Positions 1 to 17,682 of a stretch of DNA of 64,000 nucleotides are shown piece after piece. Origin of the DNA: Eledone cirrhosa (taxonomy: Eukaryota). Position 1 is the stretch's first letter; each line of letters opens with the position of its first letter. The position numbers and the translations under genes were made by a program. The notes under the pieces are model-generated. The model saw nothing but the letters and a program-made list of their open reading frames with translations, was not told the DNA's origin and ran no database searches. Location of the stretch: assembly GCA_964016885.1 (NCBI GenBank), contig OZ024740.1, positions 361,150,001-361,214,000 on the forward strand, in the 5' to 3' direction.

Positions 1-531
1 AGCTGCTTCCTCTGTTGACGAAGACAGGGTTTCTCCCTGCGTACGAAAGGCCGGTTGTATGATGCCTGTGTGAGGAGCGCGATGCTGCATGGTAGTGAGA
101 CATGGGCAGCTACCGCAGAAGATATGCGACGGCTGGAGAGAAATGAGGCAAGCATGCTCCGTTGGATGTGCAGTGTAAATGTGCGTGAACGACCCAGCAT
201 AAATGTGTTGAGAGAGAAACTGTGTCTGAGAGGGATAGAATGTAGTGTACGGGAGAGGAGACTGAGGTGGTATGGACATGTGATGCGCATGGAGGATGAC
301 CGATGGGTGAAGAAGTGCCAGGAAATGCCAGTTGAAGGAAGACGTGGTAGAGGTAGACCACGAAAAACATGGGCGGAGGTGGTGAGAACAGACCTCAGAT
401 CATTGAAGCTCACGGTGGAGATGACGAGGGACCGTGACGAGTGGAGAGATGCTGTGCTGAATAAGACCCGTCCCACCCTTGCAAGCAGGGAAAAGCGGAC
501 GTAAAATGATGATGATGATGATGATGATGAT
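1..531 (+). mobile_element. RTE-type LINE (family A), 3' end: C-terminal part of RT ORF plus (ATG)n tail
   Basis: Translation ...[17 protein letters not shown]...[11 protein letters not shown]...GRGRPRKTW is the typical RTE-clade C-terminus; stop at 502-504 followed directly by (ATG)n; near-identical to the reverse complement of 33125-33645. Confidence 0.95.
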
Positions 532-937
532 ATATGATATATATGTATATATATATATATATGATATATATGTATATATATATATATATGATATATATGT
601 ATATATATATATTTATGATATATATGTATATATATATATTTATGATATATATGTATATATATATATATGATATATATGTATATATATATATATATGATAT
701 ATATGTATATATATATATATATGATATATATGTATATATATATATATGGTATATATATATATATATATATATATGGTATATATATATATATATATATATA
801 TGGTATATATATATATATATATATATATGGTATATATATATATATATATATATATGGTATATATATATATATATATATATATGGTATATATATATATATA
901 TATATATATGGTATATATATATATATATATATATATG

Positions 938-972
<35 letters not shown>

Positions 973-1141
973 ATATATGATATATATATATATATATATA
1001 CCATATATATATATATATATATATACCATATATATATATATATATATGATATATATATATATATATACCATATATATATATATATACCATATATATATAT
1101 ATATATATGGTATATATATATATATATGGTATATATATATA

Positions 1142-1174
<33 letters not shown>

Positions 1175-1321
1175 ATATATATATATATATATATATATGC
1201 ATATATATATGATATATATATGTATATATATATGGTATATATATATATATGATGTATATATATATGGTATATATATATATATGATATATATATATGTATA
1301 TATATATATATGATATATATA

Positions 1322-1353
<32 letters not shown>

Positions 1354-1360
<7 letters not shown>

Positions 1361-1654
1361 GTGAGGTTTCTTTTACAAAATGAAAAATAACCGAGGTGTC
1401 CTACACGAGTGGAAGTATAAAGAAAAAGGGATGAAATCGAAAATGCAACTGAAGTCCTACTTTTTTTAAAAATATATACATCTATTTGGCTCCCTTACCG
1501 GTTTTGCAGCTCTTCCGCCTTTCAAAAGGTGAGCTGAGATGGAGGGTCTGTGGTTTTTCTCACATCTGGTTGTTTCGCAGTTCTTCTGCTTTTCAAATGG
1601 TGAGTTGAGATGGAGGGTCTGTGGTTTTTCTCACATCGTAATAAACATCAACAT
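1354..1654 (-). mobile_element. Non-coding island in TA array, putative Penelope-like (PLE) pseudo-LTR fragment with two tandem hammerhead-like motifs about 70 bp apart
   Basis: Minus strand: TTGAAAA-GCAG-aagaa-CTGC-GAAA (about 1572-1596) and TTGAAAG-GCGG-aagag-CTGC-AAAA-CCGG-TA-AGGG (about 1492-1525); about 70-bp internal direct repeat; TA on both sides. Confidence 0.6.
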
Positions 1655-1741
1655 GATATATGTATATATATATATATATATGATATATGTATATATATAT
1701 ATATGATATATGTATATATATATATATATATATGATATATG

Positions 1742-1783
<42 letters not shown>

Positions 1784-1791
1784 TATACATG

Positions 1792-2261
<470 letters not shown>

Positions 2262-2332
2262 ATATATAATATATATATATATATATATGATATATATATA
2301 TATATATGATATATATATATATATATTATATA

Positions 2333-2367
<35 letters not shown>

Positions 2368-2392
2368 ATATATTATATATATATATATATAT

Positions 2393-2437
<45 letters not shown>

Positions 2438-2466
2438 ATATATATATATATATATGATGTATATAT

Positions 2467-2595
<129 letters not shown>

Positions 2596-2600
2596 CATAT

Positions 2601-2638
<38 letters not shown>

Positions 2639-2647
2639 GATATATAT

Positions 2648-2731
<84 letters not shown>

Positions 2732-2840
2732 GATATATATATATATATGATATATATATATATATGATATATATATATATATATGATATATATATATATA
2801 TGTATATATATGTATATATATATATGATATATATATATAT

Positions 2841-2871
<31 letters not shown>

Positions 2872-2877
2872 GATATA

Positions 2878-2920
<43 letters not shown>

Positions 2921-2926
2921 GATATA

Positions 2927-2979
<53 letters not shown>

Positions 2980-3045
2980 GTATATATATATGATATATAT
3001 ATGTATATATATGTATATATATGTATATATATATATATATATATT

Positions 3046-3087
<42 letters not shown>

Positions 3088-3141
3088 GTATATATATGTA
3101 TATATATATGATATATATATGTATATATATGTATATATATG

Positions 3142-3226
<85 letters not shown>

Positions 3227-3237
3227 GTATATATATG

Positions 3238-3272
<35 letters not shown>

Positions 3273-3283
3273 GTATATATATG

Positions 3284-3322
<39 letters not shown>

Positions 3323-3339
3323 GTATATATATGTATATG

Positions 3340-3410
<71 letters not shown>

Positions 3411-3619
3411 GTATATGTATATATATATATATGATATATATATATATGTATATGTATATATATATATATGATATGTATATTATATATATGATATATATAT
3501 ATATATATATATGTATATGTATATATATATATATGATATATATATATGTATATATGTATATATATATATATATATGTATATATATGTATATATATATATA
3601 TATGATATATATATATATG

Positions 3620-3650
<31 letters not shown>

Positions 3651-3652
3651 TG

Positions 3653-3698
<46 letters not shown>

Positions 3699-3908
3699 GA
3701 TATATATATATGTATATATATATATGATATATATATATGTATATACATATATGATATATATATATGTATATATATATATGATATATATATATATATGTAT
3801 ATATAATATATGATATATATATATGTATATACATATATGATATATATATATGTATATATATATATGATATATATATATGTATGATATATATATATGTATA
3901 TATATATA

Positions 3909-3959
<51 letters not shown>

Positions 3960-3984
3960 ATATATATATATGTATATATATATA

Positions 3985-4019
<35 letters not shown>

Positions 4020-4133
4020 ATATATATATATGTATATATATATATGATATATATATATATGATATATATATATATGATATATATATATATGATATATATA
4101 TATATGATATATATATATATGTATATATATATA

Positions 4134-4199
<66 letters not shown>

Positions 4200-4218
4200 A
4201 TATATATATATATATATA

Positions 4219-4282
<64 letters not shown>

Positions 4283-4361
4283 ATATATATATATATATAT
4301 ATGATATATATATATATGTATATATATATATATGATATATATATATGTATATATATATATG

Positions 4362-4457
<96 letters not shown>

Positions 4458-4458
4458 G

Positions 4459-4489
<31 letters not shown>

Positions 4490-4554
4490 GTATATGTATA
4501 TATGTGTATATATATATGTATATATATATATATATATGTATATGTATATATATG

Positions 4555-4585
<31 letters not shown>

Positions 4586-4716
4586 GTATATGTATATATA
4601 TATATGTATATATATATATATGTATATATATATATGTATATATATATATGTATATGTAATATATGTATATATATATATATGTATAATGTATATATATATA
4701 TGTATATATATATATG

Positions 4717-4761
<45 letters not shown>

Positions 4762-4762
4762 G

Positions 4763-4809
<47 letters not shown>

Positions 4810-4924
4810 GTATATATATATATACATATATATATATACATATATATATATACATATATATATATACATATATATATATACATATATACATATATATATA
4901 TACATATATATATATACATATACA

Positions 4925-5000
<76 letters not shown>

Positions 5001-5011
5001 TGTATATATAT

Positions 5012-5080
<69 letters not shown>

Positions 5081-5084
5081 GTAA

Positions 5085-5115
<31 letters not shown>

Positions 5116-5121
5116 CATATG

Positions 5122-5156
<35 letters not shown>

Positions 5157-5179
5157 ATATATATATATGTATATATGTG

Positions 5180-5308
<129 letters not shown>

Positions 5309-5321
5309 GTATATATATATG

Positions 5322-5386
<65 letters not shown>

Positions 5387-5397
5387 GTATATATATG

Positions 5398-5446
<49 letters not shown>

Positions 5447-5473
5447 GTATATATATATATATGTATATATATG

Positions 5474-5504
<31 letters not shown>

Positions 5505-5546
5505 GTATATATATGTATATATATATATGTATATATATATATGTAT

Positions 5547-5620
5547 ATAAGACCCGTCCCACCCTTGCAAGCAGGGAAAAGCGGACGTAAAATGATGATG
5601 ATGATGATGATGATGATATA
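5547..5620 (+). mobile_element. Duplicate of the last ~45 bp of RTE family A plus (ATG)n tail
   Basis: ataagacccgtcccacccttgcaagcagggaaaagcggacgtaaaatgatg matches the sequence from 461 onward. Confidence 0.9.
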
Positions 5621-5889
5621 TGATATATAGTATATATATATATATATGATATATATGTATATATATATATATATGATATATATGTATATATATATATTTA
5701 TGATATATATGTATATATATATATATATGATATATATGTATATATATATATATATGATATATATGTATATATATATATATATGATATATATGTATATATA
5801 TATATAATGGTATATATATATATATATATATATATGGTATATATATATATATATATATATATGGTATATATATATATATATATATATAT

Positions 5890-5922
<33 letters not shown>

Positions 5923-6154
5923 TATATATATATATATATATAAATGATATATATAATATATATATATATATTATATATATATATATATGATATATATATA
6001 TATATATAACCATATATATATATATATATATATATACCATATATATATATATATATATGATATATATATATATATATATACCATATATATATATATATAC
6101 CATATATATATATATATATATGGTATATATATATATATATGGTATATATATATA

Positions 6155-6187
<33 letters not shown>

Positions 6188-6362
6188 ATATATATATATA
6201 TATATATATGGTATATATATATATGATATATATATATGCATATATATATATGATATATATATGTATATATATATGGTATATATATATATATGATGTATAT
6301 ATATATGGTATATATATATATATGATATATATATATGTATATATATATATATGATATATATA

Positions 6363-6396
<34 letters not shown>

Positions 6397-6403
<7 letters not shown>

Positions 6404-6697
6404 GTGAGGTTTCTTTTACAAAATGAAAAATAACCGAGGTGTCCTACACGAGTGGAAGTATAAAGAAAAAGGGATGAAATCGAAAATGCAACTGAAGTCC
6501 TACTTTTTTTAAAAATATATACATCTATTTGGCTCCCTTACCGGTTTTGCAGCTCTTCCGCCTTTCAAAAGGTGAGCTGAGATGGAGGGTCTGTGGTTTT
6601 TCTCACATCTGGTTGTTTCGCAGTTCTTCTGCTTTTCAAATGGTGAGTTGAGATGGAGGGTCTGTGGTTTTTCTCACATCGTAATAAACATCAACAT
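6397..6697 (-). mobile_element. Second copy of the 1354-1654 PLE-like island
   Basis: Apparently identical to 1354-1654, offset 5043. Confidence 0.6.
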
Positions 6698-6778
6698 GAT
6701 ATATGTATATATATATATATATATGATATATGTATATATATATATATGATATATGTATATATATATATATATATATGA

Positions 6779-6828
<50 letters not shown>

Positions 6829-6836
6829 TATACATG

Positions 6837-6984
<148 letters not shown>

Positions 6985-7004
6985 TATATATATATATATA
7001 TATA

Positions 7005-7294
<290 letters not shown>

Positions 7295-7373
7295 GATATA
7301 TATAATATATATATATATATATATGATATATATATATATATATGATATATATATATATATATTATTATATATA

Positions 7374-7405
<32 letters not shown>

Positions 7406-7406
7406 G

Positions 7407-7480
<74 letters not shown>

Positions 7481-7509
7481 ATATATATATATATATATGA
7501 TGTATATAT

Positions 7510-7673
<164 letters not shown>

Positions 7674-7680
7674 TATATAT

Positions 7681-7762
<82 letters not shown>

Positions 7763-7871
7763 GATATATATATATATATATGATATATATATATATATGA
7801 TATATATATATATATGATATATATATATATATGTATATATATGTATATATATATATGATATATATATATAT

Positions 7872-7902
<31 letters not shown>

Positions 7903-7914
7903 GATATATATATG

Positions 7915-7949
<35 letters not shown>

Positions 7950-7955
7950 GATATA

Positions 7956-8006
<51 letters not shown>

Positions 8007-8104
8007 GTATATATATGATATATATATGTATATATATGTATATATATGTATATATATATATGTATATATATGATATATATATAGTATATATATGTATATA
8101 TATG

Positions 8105-8169
<65 letters not shown>

Positions 8170-8223
8170 GTATATATATGTATATATATATGATATATAT
8201 ATGTATATATATGTATATATATG

Positions 8224-8306
<83 letters not shown>

Positions 8307-8366
8307 GTATATATATGTCATATATATATATTATATAATATATATATATATATATGTATATATATG

Positions 8367-8405
<39 letters not shown>

Positions 8406-8422
8406 GTATATATGTATATATG

Positions 8423-8493
<71 letters not shown>

Positions 8494-8708
8494 GTATATG
8501 TATATATATATATATGATATATATATATATGTATATGTATATATATATATATGATATGTATATATATATATATGATATATATATATATATATATATGTAT
8601 ATGTATATATATATATATGATATATATATATATGTATATATATGTATATATATATATATATATGTTATATATATGTATATATATATATATATGATATATA
8701 TATATATG

Positions 8709-8739
<31 letters not shown>

Positions 8740-8741
8740 TG

Positions 8742-8787
<46 letters not shown>

Positions 8788-8941
8788 GATATATATATAT
8801 GTATATATATATATGATATATATATATATATGTATATATATATATGATATATATATATGTATATACATATATGATATATTATATGTATATATATATATGA
8901 TATATATATATGTATGATATATATATATGTATATATATATA

Positions 8942-8990
<49 letters not shown>

Positions 8991-9014
8991 ATATATATAT
9001 ATGTATATAATATA

Positions 9015-9049
<35 letters not shown>

Positions 9050-9146
9050 ATATATATATATGTATATATATATATGATATATATATATGATATATATATA
9101 TATGATATATATATATATGATATATATATATATGTATATATATATA

Positions 9147-9212
<66 letters not shown>

Positions 9213-9290
9213 ATATATATATATATATATATATATGATATATATATAATATATATATATATATGATATATATATATATATATATATATA

Positions 9291-9370
<80 letters not shown>

Positions 9371-9371
9371 G

Positions 9372-9404
<33 letters not shown>

Positions 9405-9463
9405 TATGTATTATATATATATATATATATGTATATATTATATATATATGTATATAATATATG

Positions 9464-9495
<32 letters not shown>

Positions 9496-9515
9496 TGTAT
9501 ATGTATATATATGTG

Positions 9516-9546
<31 letters not shown>

Positions 9547-9563
9547 GTATATGTATATATATG

Positions 9564-9594
<31 letters not shown>

Positions 9595-9740
9595 GTATAT
9601 GTATATATATATATGTATATATATATATATGTATATATATATATGTATATATATATATGTATATGTATATATATGTATATATATATATATGTATATATAT
9701 ATATGTATATGTAATATATATATATGTATATATATATATG

Positions 9741-9785
<45 letters not shown>

Positions 9786-9786
9786 G

Positions 9787-9833
<47 letters not shown>

Positions 9834-9963
9834 GTATATATATATATACATATATATATATACATATATATATATACATATATATATATACATATATATA
9901 TATACATATATACATATATATATATACATATATATATATACATATACATATATGTATATATAC

Positions 9964-10137
<174 letters not shown>

Positions 10138-10144
10138 ATATATG

Positions 10145-10184
<40 letters not shown>

Positions 10185-10193
10185 ATATATATG

Positions 10194-10226
<33 letters not shown>

Positions 10227-10268
10227 GTATATATATAATATATATGTATATATATATATATACATATG

Positions 10269-10332
<64 letters not shown>

Positions 10333-10700
10333 ATTTTCCCTGCTGTTTTAGCGATAAATTTTCGAGGGTTTCTCTTAGTAGCTTTTTTCATGACGTTATT
10401 ATTGTTAATTTTACTGATGTAGTATTAACTTATTAACTTGGATATTTACCATGCGGTATTCTAATCCTATTGTATCTCTCTCAGTTATTTACCATGCGAC
10501 CCTCAGTTCCTACCCCCCCCCCCCTCTATGCACTTCTTTAAGGCTTACTACCCTGTCTTTAACCTAATTCATTCAATCTGAAATATTGAAGAGATAAGAC
10601 ACTTTGCCATTCTTCTCTGCTAAAATGTACCAGTAGAGCTGATTCAAATTTTCCCAGCCAGCCATCCACCTAATCTACGAAGGTATTTTAGCCTACATAT

Positions 10701-12633
10701 TGTCGTTAATATTATGATGTTCCCTGCTGTATTAGCGTTAAATTTTCCCTGCTGTATTAGCGATAAATTTTCGAGGGTTTCTCTTAGTAGCTTTTTCATG
10801 TCGTTAATATTATGATGTTCCCTGCTGTATTAGCGTAAATTTTCCTGCTGTATTAGCGATAAATTTTCGAGGGTTTCTCTTAGTAGCTTTTTCATGTCGT
10901 TAATATTATGATGTTCCCTGCTGTATTAGCGTTAAATTTTCCCTGCTGTATTAGCGATAAATTTTCGAGGGTTTCTCTTAGTAGCTTTTTCATGTCGTTA
11001 ATATTATGATGTTCCCTGCTGTATTAGCGTTAAATTTTCCCTGCTGTATTAGCGATAAATTTTCGAGGGTTTCTCTTAGTAGCTTTTTTCATGACGTTAT
11101 TATTGTTAATTTTACTGATGTAGTATTAACTTGGATATTTACCATGCGACCCTCAGTTCCTACATATTGTCGTTAATATTATGATGTTCCCTGCTGTATT
11201 AGCGTTAATTTTCCCTGCTGTATTAGCGATAAATTTTCGAGGGTTTCTCTTAGTAGCTTTTTCATGTCGTTAATATTATGATGTTCCCTGCTGTATTAGC
11301 GTTAAATTTTCCCTGCTGTATTAGCGATAAATTTTCGAGGGTTTCTCTTAGTAGCTTTTTCATGTCGTTAATATTATGATGTTCCCTGCTGTATTAGCGT
11401 TAAATTTTCCCTGCTGTATTAGCGATAATTTTCGAGGGTTTCTCTTAGTAGCTTTTTCATGTCGTTAATATTATGATGTTCCCTGCTGTATTAGCGTTAA
11501 ATTTTCCCTGCTGTATTAGCGATAAATTTTCGAGGGTTTCTCTTAGTAGCTTTTTCATGTCGTTAATATTATGATGTTCCCTGCTGTATTAGCGTTAAAT
11601 TTTCCCTGCTGTATTAGCGATAAATTTTCGAGGGTTTCTCTTAGTAGCTTTTTCATGTCGTTAATATTATGATGTTCCCTGCTGTATTAGCGTTAAATTT
11701 TCCCTGCTGTATTAGCGATAAATTTTCGAGGGTTTCTCTTAGTAGCTTTTTCATGTCGTTAATATTATGATGTTCCCTGCTGTATTAGCGTTAAATTTTC
11801 CCTGCTGTATTAGCGATAAATTTTCGAGGGTTTCTCTTAGTAGCTTTTTCATGTCGTTAATATTATGATGTTCCCTGCTGTATTAGCGTTAAATTTTCCC
11901 TGCTGTATTAGCGATAAATTTTCGAGGGTTTCTCTTAGTAGCTTTTTCATGTCGTTAATATTATGATGTTCCCTGCTGTATTAGCGTTAAATTTTCCCTG
12001 CTGTATTAGCGATAAATTTTCGAGGGTTTCTCTTAGTAGCTTTTTCATGTCGTTAATATTATGATGTTCCCTGCTGTATTAGCGTTAAATTTTCCCTGCT
12101 GTATTAGCGATAAATTTTCGAGGGTTTCTCTTAGTAGCTTTTTCATGTCGTTAATATTATGATGTTCCCTGCTGTATTAGCGTTAAATTTTCCCTGCTGT
12201 ATTAGCGATAAATTTTCGAGGGTTTCTCTTAGTAGCTTTTCATGTCGTTAATATTATGATGTTCCCTGCTGTATTAGCGTTAAATTTTCCCTGCTGTATT
12301 AGCGATAAATTTTCGAGGGTTTCTCTTAGTAGCTTTTTCATGTCGTTAATATTATGATGTTCCCTGCTGTATTAGCGTTAAATTTTCCCTGCTGTATTAG
12401 CGATAAATTTTCGAGGGTTTCTCTTAGTAGCTTTTTCATGTCGTTAATATTATGATGTTCCCTGCTGTATTAGCGTTAAATTTTCCCTGCTGTATTAGCG
12501 ATAAATTTTCGAGGTTTCTCTTAGTAGCTTTTTCATGTCGTTAATATTATGATGTTCCCTGCTGTATTAGCGTTAAATTTTCCCTGCTGTATTAGCGATA
12601 AATTTTCGAGGGTTTCTCTTAGTAGCTTTTTTC
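10701..12633 (+). repeat. Tandem array of 19 near-identical 98-bp monomers (each with an internal 2x25-bp subrepeat)
   Basis: Unit catgtcgttaatattatgatgttccctgctgtattagcgttaaattttccctgctgtattagcgataaattttcgagggtttctcttagtagcttttt; 4 copies, a ~75-bp spacer at 11091-11165, then 15 copies; partial copy at 10333-10392. Confidence 0.95.
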
Positions 12634-12956
12634 ATGACGTTATTATTGTTAATTTTACTGATGTAGTATTAACTTGGATATTTACCATGCGACCCTCAGT
12701 TCCTACCTCACAATTTCCCTCCCCCCCACCCCCACACACCACCATAGTCTATTCGACCAATCAAACCTAGCATGCCATTTCCACTGCTGCTGCTGCTGCT
12801 GCTACTACCTGCCTAACTAACTCTCTCCTCCTCTGGCGCATCCCAACACACCCTGCCATTACCCCACCACCACTGTCCTTCTAGCCCTCAATTTTCCCAC
12901 CGTTATGGATGGATGAGCTGGGAATACACGAGCAACTCTGAATCAATAGATGAAAT

Positions 12957-13265
12957 ATGAATCTGCGAGCTACCAAGCACCCACGTGAAGCGCCAACCCA
13001 GAGACCCTCCCCTACGAGTGTCGACAAATGCCCAAAACTCCGAGTTGGTACCATCAATGTAGGCTCAATGAAAGGAAGAGCAGGAGAAATCGTAGAAATG
13101 CTAGAGCGAAAGGAAGTTGATGTATGCTGTGTGCAAGAGACTAGATGAGAGGAGGGTCTGCTAGAGTCCTTGTAGGAAAAAGCCAGTGCTACAAATTTTT
13201 CTGGGTGGGAAATGACGATGGGATGGGTGGTGTAGGTATACTATTAGCTGACAAGTGGGTAGATA
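12957..13265 (+). pseudogene. 5' start of RTE-type LINE ORF, apurinic endonuclease (APE) N-terminus, with one in-frame stop; cut by the assembly gap
   Basis: LRVGTINVGSMKGRAGEIVEMLERKEVDVCCVQETR*RGGSARVLVG...YKFFWVGNDDGMGGVGILLADKWVD; APE motifs N and QET; TGA where W is expected. Confidence 0.9.
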
Positions 13266-13465
13266 NNNNNNNNNNNNNNNNNNNNNNNNNNNNNNNNNNN
13301 NNNNNNNNNNNNNNNNNNNNNNNNNNNNNNNNNNNNNNNNNNNNNNNNNNNNNNNNNNNNNNNNNNNNNNNNNNNNNNNNNNNNNNNNNNNNNNNNNNNN
13401 NNNNNNNNNNNNNNNNNNNNNNNNNNNNNNNNNNNNNNNNNNNNNNNNNNNNNNNNNNNNNNNNN
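13266..13465. other. Assembly gap (200 N)
   Basis: Run of n. Confidence 1.
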
Positions 13466-13807
13466 ATTATCGCTGCCATGTCCTGCGTCTCCAACAGACC
13501 AGTGTCTGTCCTTAGGGCATCAACATATGTTAACCTTGGTCTTCCTCTTCCAGTGTGTCCATGTAGGGGCTCCCAAAGGAGCACGGAGTGCAATGTCAAC
13601 TCTGGATGTCGGTGAGCATGTCCAGCCAACCTCAGTCTCCTCTGTGTCACTTTTGCTGTAGTGGAGTCTGTGCTGCTGTATGGGTCTGAGACTTGGACAC
13701 TGACCAAGAGACTCACTCAGATGGTGGATGGGTGCTACACGAGAATGCTGAGGATGGCTCTGAACATTAATCAGTATACACTGAGGATGAAAAACTCAGA
13801 GCTGTAT
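13466..13807 (-). mobile_element. RTE-superfamily LINE (family C) 3' fragment with internal inversion at about 13655
   Basis: Minus 13466-13655 encodes KVTQRRLRLAGHAHRHPEL...GRGRPRLTYVDAL; plus 13655-13807 encodes AVVESVLLYGSETWTLTK...NSELY. Confidence 0.9.
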
Positions 13808-13847
<40 letters not shown>

Positions 13848-13890
13848 ATATATATATATATATATATATCATATATATATATATATATAT

Positions 13891-13978
13891 AACGAAGGAA
13901 ATGTGGTAAGGAACCAGGTGGACCATAACGCACCAAAGTACTCAATACTTGAGGTAGTAAAGTGGGGTCTTACTGGTT

Positions 13979-13980
<2 letters not shown>
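13891..13980. repeat. 90-bp island in TA array, duplicated at 15067-15156
   Basis: aacgaaggaaatgtggtaaggaaccagg...cttactggttcc occurs twice; contains ggaaccag/ctggttcc inverted repeat. Confidence 0.85.
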
Positions 13981-14039
<59 letters not shown>

Positions 14040-14548
14040 TATATATATATATATCATATATATATATATGTATATGGTATATATATATATATATATATAT
14101 ATCATATATATATATATATCATATATATATATATGTATATGGTATATATATATCATATATATATATATATCATATATATATATATATCATATATATATAT
14201 ATATGGTATATATATATATATATATATTTGACATATATATATATGATATATATATATATGATATATATATATATGATATATATATATATATATATATATG
14301 ATATATATATATGGTATATATATATATATATATATATGGTATATATATATATGGTATATGATATATATATATGATATATATGGTATATATATATATATGG
14401 TATATGATATATATATATGATATATATATATATATATATATCATATATATATATATACGATATATATATATATATGGTGTATGATATATATATATGATAT
14501 ATATATATATATATATCATATATATATATATATCATATATATATATAT

Positions 14549-14588
<40 letters not shown>

Positions 14589-14918
14589 ATATATATATAT
14601 GGTATATATATATATATGGTATATGGTATATATATATATGGTATATATATATATGGTATATATATATATGGTATATGATATATATATATATGATATATAT
14701 ATATATATATGATATATATATATCTATATATGGTATATATATATATATATATGGTATATATATATATATATATATATATATGGTACATATCTATATATGG
14801 TATATGATATATATATATATGATATATATATATGGTATATATATATATATATGGTATATATATATATATATGGTATATATATATATATATATATATGGTA
14901 TATATATATATATATATA

Positions 14919-14962
<44 letters not shown>

Positions 14963-15010
14963 TATGTATATATATATATATGGTATATATATATATATAT
15001 ATATATATTT

Positions 15011-15047
<37 letters not shown>

Positions 15048-15154
15048 TATATATATATATATATATAACGAAGGAAATGTGGTAAGGAACCAGGTGGACC
15101 ATAACGCACCAAAGTACTCAATACTTGAGGTAGTAAAGTGGGGTCTTACTGGTT

Positions 15155-15195
<41 letters not shown>

Positions 15196-15751
15196 TGTAT
15201 ATATATATCATATATATATATATATCATATATATATATATATATATCATATATATATATATTCATATATATATATCATATATATATATATATATATCATA
15301 TATATATATATATCATATATATATATATATATATCATATATATATATATATAACATATATATATATATATAACATATATATATATATATAACATATATAT
15401 ATATATTATATATATATATATATATCATATATATATATATCATATATATATCATATATATATATATATATATATATATCATATATATATATATATATCAT
15501 ATATATCATATATATATATATATATCATATATATATATATATATATATATATCATATATATATATCATATATATATATATCATATATATATATCATATAT
15601 ATATATCATATATATATATCATATATATATATCATATATATATATCATATATATATATCATATATATATATATATCATATATGTATATCATATATATATA
15701 TATATCATATATATATATCATATATATCATATATATATATCATATATATAT

Positions 15752-15831
<80 letters not shown>

Positions 15832-15865
15832 TATATATATATATATATATATATCATATATATAT

Positions 15866-15900
<35 letters not shown>

Positions 15901-16069
15901 TATATATATATCATATATATATATCATATATATATATATCATATATATATATCATATATATATATATATATATATCATATATATATATATATATCATATA
16001 TATATATCATATATATATATATATATATCATATATATATATATATATATATCATATTATGTATATATAT

Positions 16070-16100
<31 letters not shown>

Positions 16101-17020
16101 CCTATATATGTATATATATATCACATATATATATATATATATATCATATATATATATATATCATATATATATATATATCATATATATCATATATATATAT
16201 ATATCATATCATATATATATATATATCATGTATATATATATATCATATATATATATATATCATATATATATATATATATCTCATATATATATATATATGG
16301 TATATATATATATATATATGGTATATATATATATATATGGTATATATATATATATATATGGTTATATATATATATGGTATATGATATATATATATGATAT
16401 ATATATATATATATGATATATATATATATATCATATATATATATATATCATATATATATATATATGGTATATGATATATATATATATATATGATATATAT
16501 ATATATATCATATATATATATATATATCATATATATATATATATCATATATATATATATATGGTATATATATATCTATATATATATATATATGATATATA
16601 TATATATGATATATATATATATATATCATATATATATATATCATATATATATATATGGTATATATATATCTATATATATATATATATGATATATATATAT
16701 ATGGTATGTATATATATATATATATATGGTATGTATATATATATATATATATGGTATATATATATATATGGTATATATATATATATGGTATATATATATA
16801 TGGTATATATATATATGGTATATGATATATATATATATGATATATATATATATATGATATATCTATATCTATACATATATATATATGGTATATATATATA
16901 TATATATATATCATATATATATATCATATATATATATATATATATATATCATATATATATATATATATATCATATATATATTATATATATATATTATATA
17001 TATGTCATATATTATATATA

Positions 17021-17060
<40 letters not shown>

Positions 17061-17234
17061 TATATTATATATATATATATCATATATTATATATATATAT
17101 CATATATTATATATATATATATTATATATATATATATATATCATATATATCATATATATATATATATATATATCATATATTTCATATATATATATATATA
17201 TATCATATATATTATATATATATAATATATATCA

Positions 17235-17274
<40 letters not shown>

Positions 17275-17446
17275 TATATATATATATATATATATATCAT
17301 ATATATATATAATATTATATATATATATCATATATATATTATATATATTATATATATATATCATATATATATTATATATATATATATATATATATCATAT
17401 ATATATATATATATATCATATATATATATATATATATTATATATAA

Positions 17447-17492
<46 letters not shown>

Positions 17493-17645
17493 TATATATA
17501 TATATATTATATATATATATATATATTATATATATATATATATATTATATATATATATATATATTATATATATATATATATATTATATATATATATATAT
17601 CATATATATATATATATATATCATATATATATATATATATATATC

Positions 17646-17682
<37 letters not shown>

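Noticed and set aside
10393-10700. HDV-like ribozyme in the putative LINE 5' UTR
   Set aside because: Could not identify the nested double-pseudoknot pairings by eye
10701-12633. CRISPR-like regular array
   Set aside because: Units are identical end to end with no unique spacers, no cas genes, eukaryotic context
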